This document shows, piece after piece, positions 60,901 to 64,000 of a stretch of DNA of 64,000 bases; position 1 is the first letter of the stretch; every line of letters begins with the position of its first letter. The translations under genes and the position numbers were made by a program. The stretch spans positions 7,700,429 through 7,764,428 of the forward strand of contig BFEA01000005.1 of assembly GCA_003427395.1 (NCBI GenBank), read 5' to 3'. Origin of the DNA: Chara braunii (lineage: Eukaryota; Plantae; Charophyceae). The notes under the pieces are model-generated. The model saw nothing but the letters and a program-made list of their open reading frames with translations. It was not told the origin of the DNA and searched no databases.

Positions 60901-62529
60901 AGAAAAGAGTGGAGGAGAGTGTGCCGGCCTATTGGGACCTGCACAGTAGGGACTGGCAGGTCCCAACAGTGACCTCATCCCTCCTAGAATGAGGGAGGGC
61001 AATCCGGATTGTAGAGATATGACCCTTAGGGCCATATCTCAATAAAATCTGAATTAAAAATCTGAAAATGAGAGAAAATATAAAAAGGAAGTGACCGGTT
61101 TTCTTTTGGGCCATGGATATGAGATCAGATCTCATGGTAGAGAGGAACTAGCCGTTTTTTGTGGGCCAGCTCAAAACGGCTAGCTCCGGAATGAGGTGGC
61201 AGCCCAAAATGGAAAGAAACAAAAGAGGGAAAATGACAAAACAGTGCATTTGGCCCAAAAAGAGAGCCAGATGCACAAAAAATTGAAAAACTGGACTTAG
61301 GGGCTCAAAGTTGAAGCAAGGGCTACTAGGGGGTAGCTCGGATTATTGCTGGCCTTGGATCTCAGCCAGATCCAAGGATGAAAATGTGCCGCCATATGAA
61401 AAAATGCTCCGGCCTACTCAAAAGAGGTCGAAACTTGAAAAAATCAAGAAAAAGGCTCACAAGGCCTTTTTCTTTCAAGTAAAAATGCCCCTTGCGCACT
61501 AGGACCCAAGAGGGCAGCATTTGTGAGGTAAAAAGGAGGCCGGAGTAGGCCAAGAGGCAGTCCGAGTTGGTACCAACCACTCGGACTGCATGTACTTGGC
61601 CAAAATGAGGTCCAGGTACCTCTAGGAGGGCCTAGTGAGAAAATTTTGCCTTGGGGGTACCTCGGTTCACCTCAAGGTTCATGGGGAGGCTCATGGGCTG
61701 GCCGGACTGCTGGTTTCAGCCTACATAAGCTGAGGATGCAGTCTGCCACTCTCACATTTGCATGAGGAATGCCCATGCTTCCCAAGTGAGCTCACAGGAG
61801 CACCTTTGCACTTGGAGTGAGAGGGGAGGAACCCATGCTAGTGGGAGAGCTTAGAGGAGACTAGGAGGTAGTGGGGAGGACTCTAGAGGATAGTGATGGT
61901 GAGAGAGACACTTGGGAGGTGATCCGCCATATCCCTCCTGGGTGTAGGAGAGAGGGAGAGGCTAGAGGAGCCCCATTAGCCCTCCTAGAGGGAAGGACTC
62001 CATAGCCATAGCTGGGGGAGCTTGCCAGAGCCTGAGAGAGAGCAAGGGAGGAGGAGAGAAGGGCTTGGAGAAGAAGGAAACCATAGCCAAGAGGGGATTG
62101 CGCAAGAAGAGGAAACTTCATCAAGAGGAAGCCAACATCAAGGAATCAACAAGGTGAGAGGAAGGAAGAGACTTCTTCACCTTCATCTTCTTCTTCTTCT
62201 CCTTCTTCTTCTTCTTTTTTTTCTTTTTCTTTTTCTTTTTCTTCTTCTTCTTCTTCTTCTTCTTCTTCCTTTTCTTCTTCATCTTCTTCCTCCTCTTCTC
62301 CTCCTTCCTCTCCTCCTTCTTCTTCCTCTTCTTCCTTCTCACTCCCTCCTTCTTCCTTCTCTTTTCTCCCCTGTTCATCTCTTCCTTCCTCCTCTTCACT
62401 TTCATTCTCTTTGTTTTCCTCCCCTTCTTCTCCATCTCCATCTCCCTCATCTCTCTCCCTTTCTCCTCCATCTTCACTTACTTCACCTTCTCTCTTCCAT
62501 GGGCTATTCAAACTCTTCTCTTTCACTTA

Positions 62530-63805
62530 TGCACTAGAAGGTAGTACTCCGATTCTTTCCTAGATGTTTCTTGATGCAATCTTGGTGATTTGGGCTCTCC
62601 AAACTTGTGTTTTCCACACTCACACTAGTAGGTAGCGTAGCGCTTCACACATGGATGCTTCATGATGCAATCTTGGTGATTTGGACTCTCCAAACTTGTG
62701 TTTTCCACACTCACACTAGTAGGTAGTGTATCGCTTCACACATGAATGTTTCTTAATGCAATCTTGGTGATTTGGGGTCTCCAAACTTGTGCTTTTTACA
62801 CTCACACTAGTAGGTAGTGTAGCGCTTCACACCTAGATGCTTCTTGATGCAATCTTGGTGATTTGGGTTTTCCAAACTTGTGTTTTTCACACTCACACTA
62901 GTAGGTAGTGTAGCGCTTCACGCATGGATGTTTCTTAATGCAATCTTGGTGATTTGGGCTCTCCAAACTTGTGTTTTTCACACTCACACTAATAGGTAGT
63001 GTAGCGCTTCACACATGGATGCTTCTTGATGCAATCTTAGTGATTTGGGCTCTCCAAACTTGTGTTTTTCACACTCACACTAGTAGGTAGTTTAGCGCTT
63101 CACACCTAGATGCTTTTTGATGCAATCTTGGTGATTTGGGCTCTCCAAACTTATGTTTTTCACACTCACACTAGTAGGTAGTGTAGCGCTTCACACATGG
63201 ATGCTTCTTAATGCAATCTTGGTGATTTAGGCTCTCAAAACTTGTGTTTTTCACACTCACACTAATAGTTAGTGTAGCGCTTCACACATGGATGCTTCTT
63301 GATGCAATCTTAGTGATTTGGGCTCTCAAAACTTGTGTTTTTCACACTTACACTAATAGGTAGTATAGCGCTTCACCCATGATTGATCCATGATACAATC
63401 TTGGTGATTTTGGAGCTTCAAACTTGTGTTTTTCACACTCACACTAGTAGGTAGTACAACGCTTCACCCATGGATGCTTCTTGATGTAATCTTGGTGATT
63501 TGGGTTCTCCAAACTTGTGATTTTCACACTCACACTAGTAGGTAGTGTAGCACTTCACACATGGATGCTTCTTGATGCAATCTTGGTGATTTGGGAGCTC
63601 AAAACTTGTGATTTTCACACCCACTCTAGTAGGTAGTATAGCGCTGCACCCATAGATGCTTCTTGATGCAATCATGGTGACATGAGCTCTCCAAACCGGT
63701 AATTCTCACTCATACACTAGAGGGAAGTGCACCGCTTCTTTCATAGATGACCTTTGATTCAACTTTGGTGATCTTGCCTACTTAGACTCTTGTTTTCACT
63801 CACGA
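62530..63805. repeat. 91-bp tandem array, ~14 copies
   Basis: atgcaatcttggtgatttgg.. at 62574, 62665, 62756 and so on; divergence increases to the right. Confidence 0.95.
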
Positions 63806-63815
63806 AATAGCATCT

Positions 63816-64000
63816 GATGTTCCGGATGATCTTCCTCCATGCGCATGTGTTTTTCATTAGTCTAGCATCTCCTTGTTTTGTTCATACTTGGTGTGATGTT
63901 CCGGATGATCTCTCCCTTTATGTGCATATGTTTTTCGTTGGTCTAGCTACTCATTGTAATGTTCATACTTGGTGTGATGTTCCAGATGATCTCTCCCTTC
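63816..64000. repeat. ~80-bp tandem repeat running off the window
   Basis: gatgttccggatgatc at ~63816, 63896 and 63977. Confidence 0.85.

Noticed and set aside
62022-62537. Leu-, Lys- or Glu-rich ORFs
   Set aside because: Products of a CTT/TTC low-complexity tract that is open in several frames.
62530-63805. CRISPR-like array
   Set aside because: Whole 91-bp units repeat with no unique spacers; there are no cas genes and the context is eukaryotic.

Overview
Eukaryotic, repeat-saturated draft-genome window with 3 N-gaps. Plant-type U2/U6 sequences, a fasciclin gene and the TE repertoire suggest a streptophyte green plant; a charophyte alga such as Chara is my inference, not proven. The only clear host gene is an intronless fasciclin-like (FAS1) protein (28887-29516, -). 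The rest is nested TEs: at least three L1/Tx1-type LINE families plus many 3'-end fragments, U2 and U6 retrocopies with TSDs, tRNA-derived SINE-like pieces, a PIF/Harbinger remnant between direct repeats, a hAT MITE, a Penelope-like repeat, Gypsy elements and a 91-bp tandem array. Three observations stand out. (1) An 11-copy, covariation-supported tandem H-type pseudoknot, usually followed by a hairpin, sits just before the poly(A) tails of divergent LINEs. (2) A Gypsy-type LTR element carries a string of small unknown ORFs; one inside the LTR shows purifying-selection signatures, and several after the PBS are joined by TGATG/TAATG stop-start overlaps. (3) A Nudix-fold-like domain appears at the C-terminus of LINE ORF1 in three families. 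Boundaries of degraded elements are approximate, and all alignments were done by eye.
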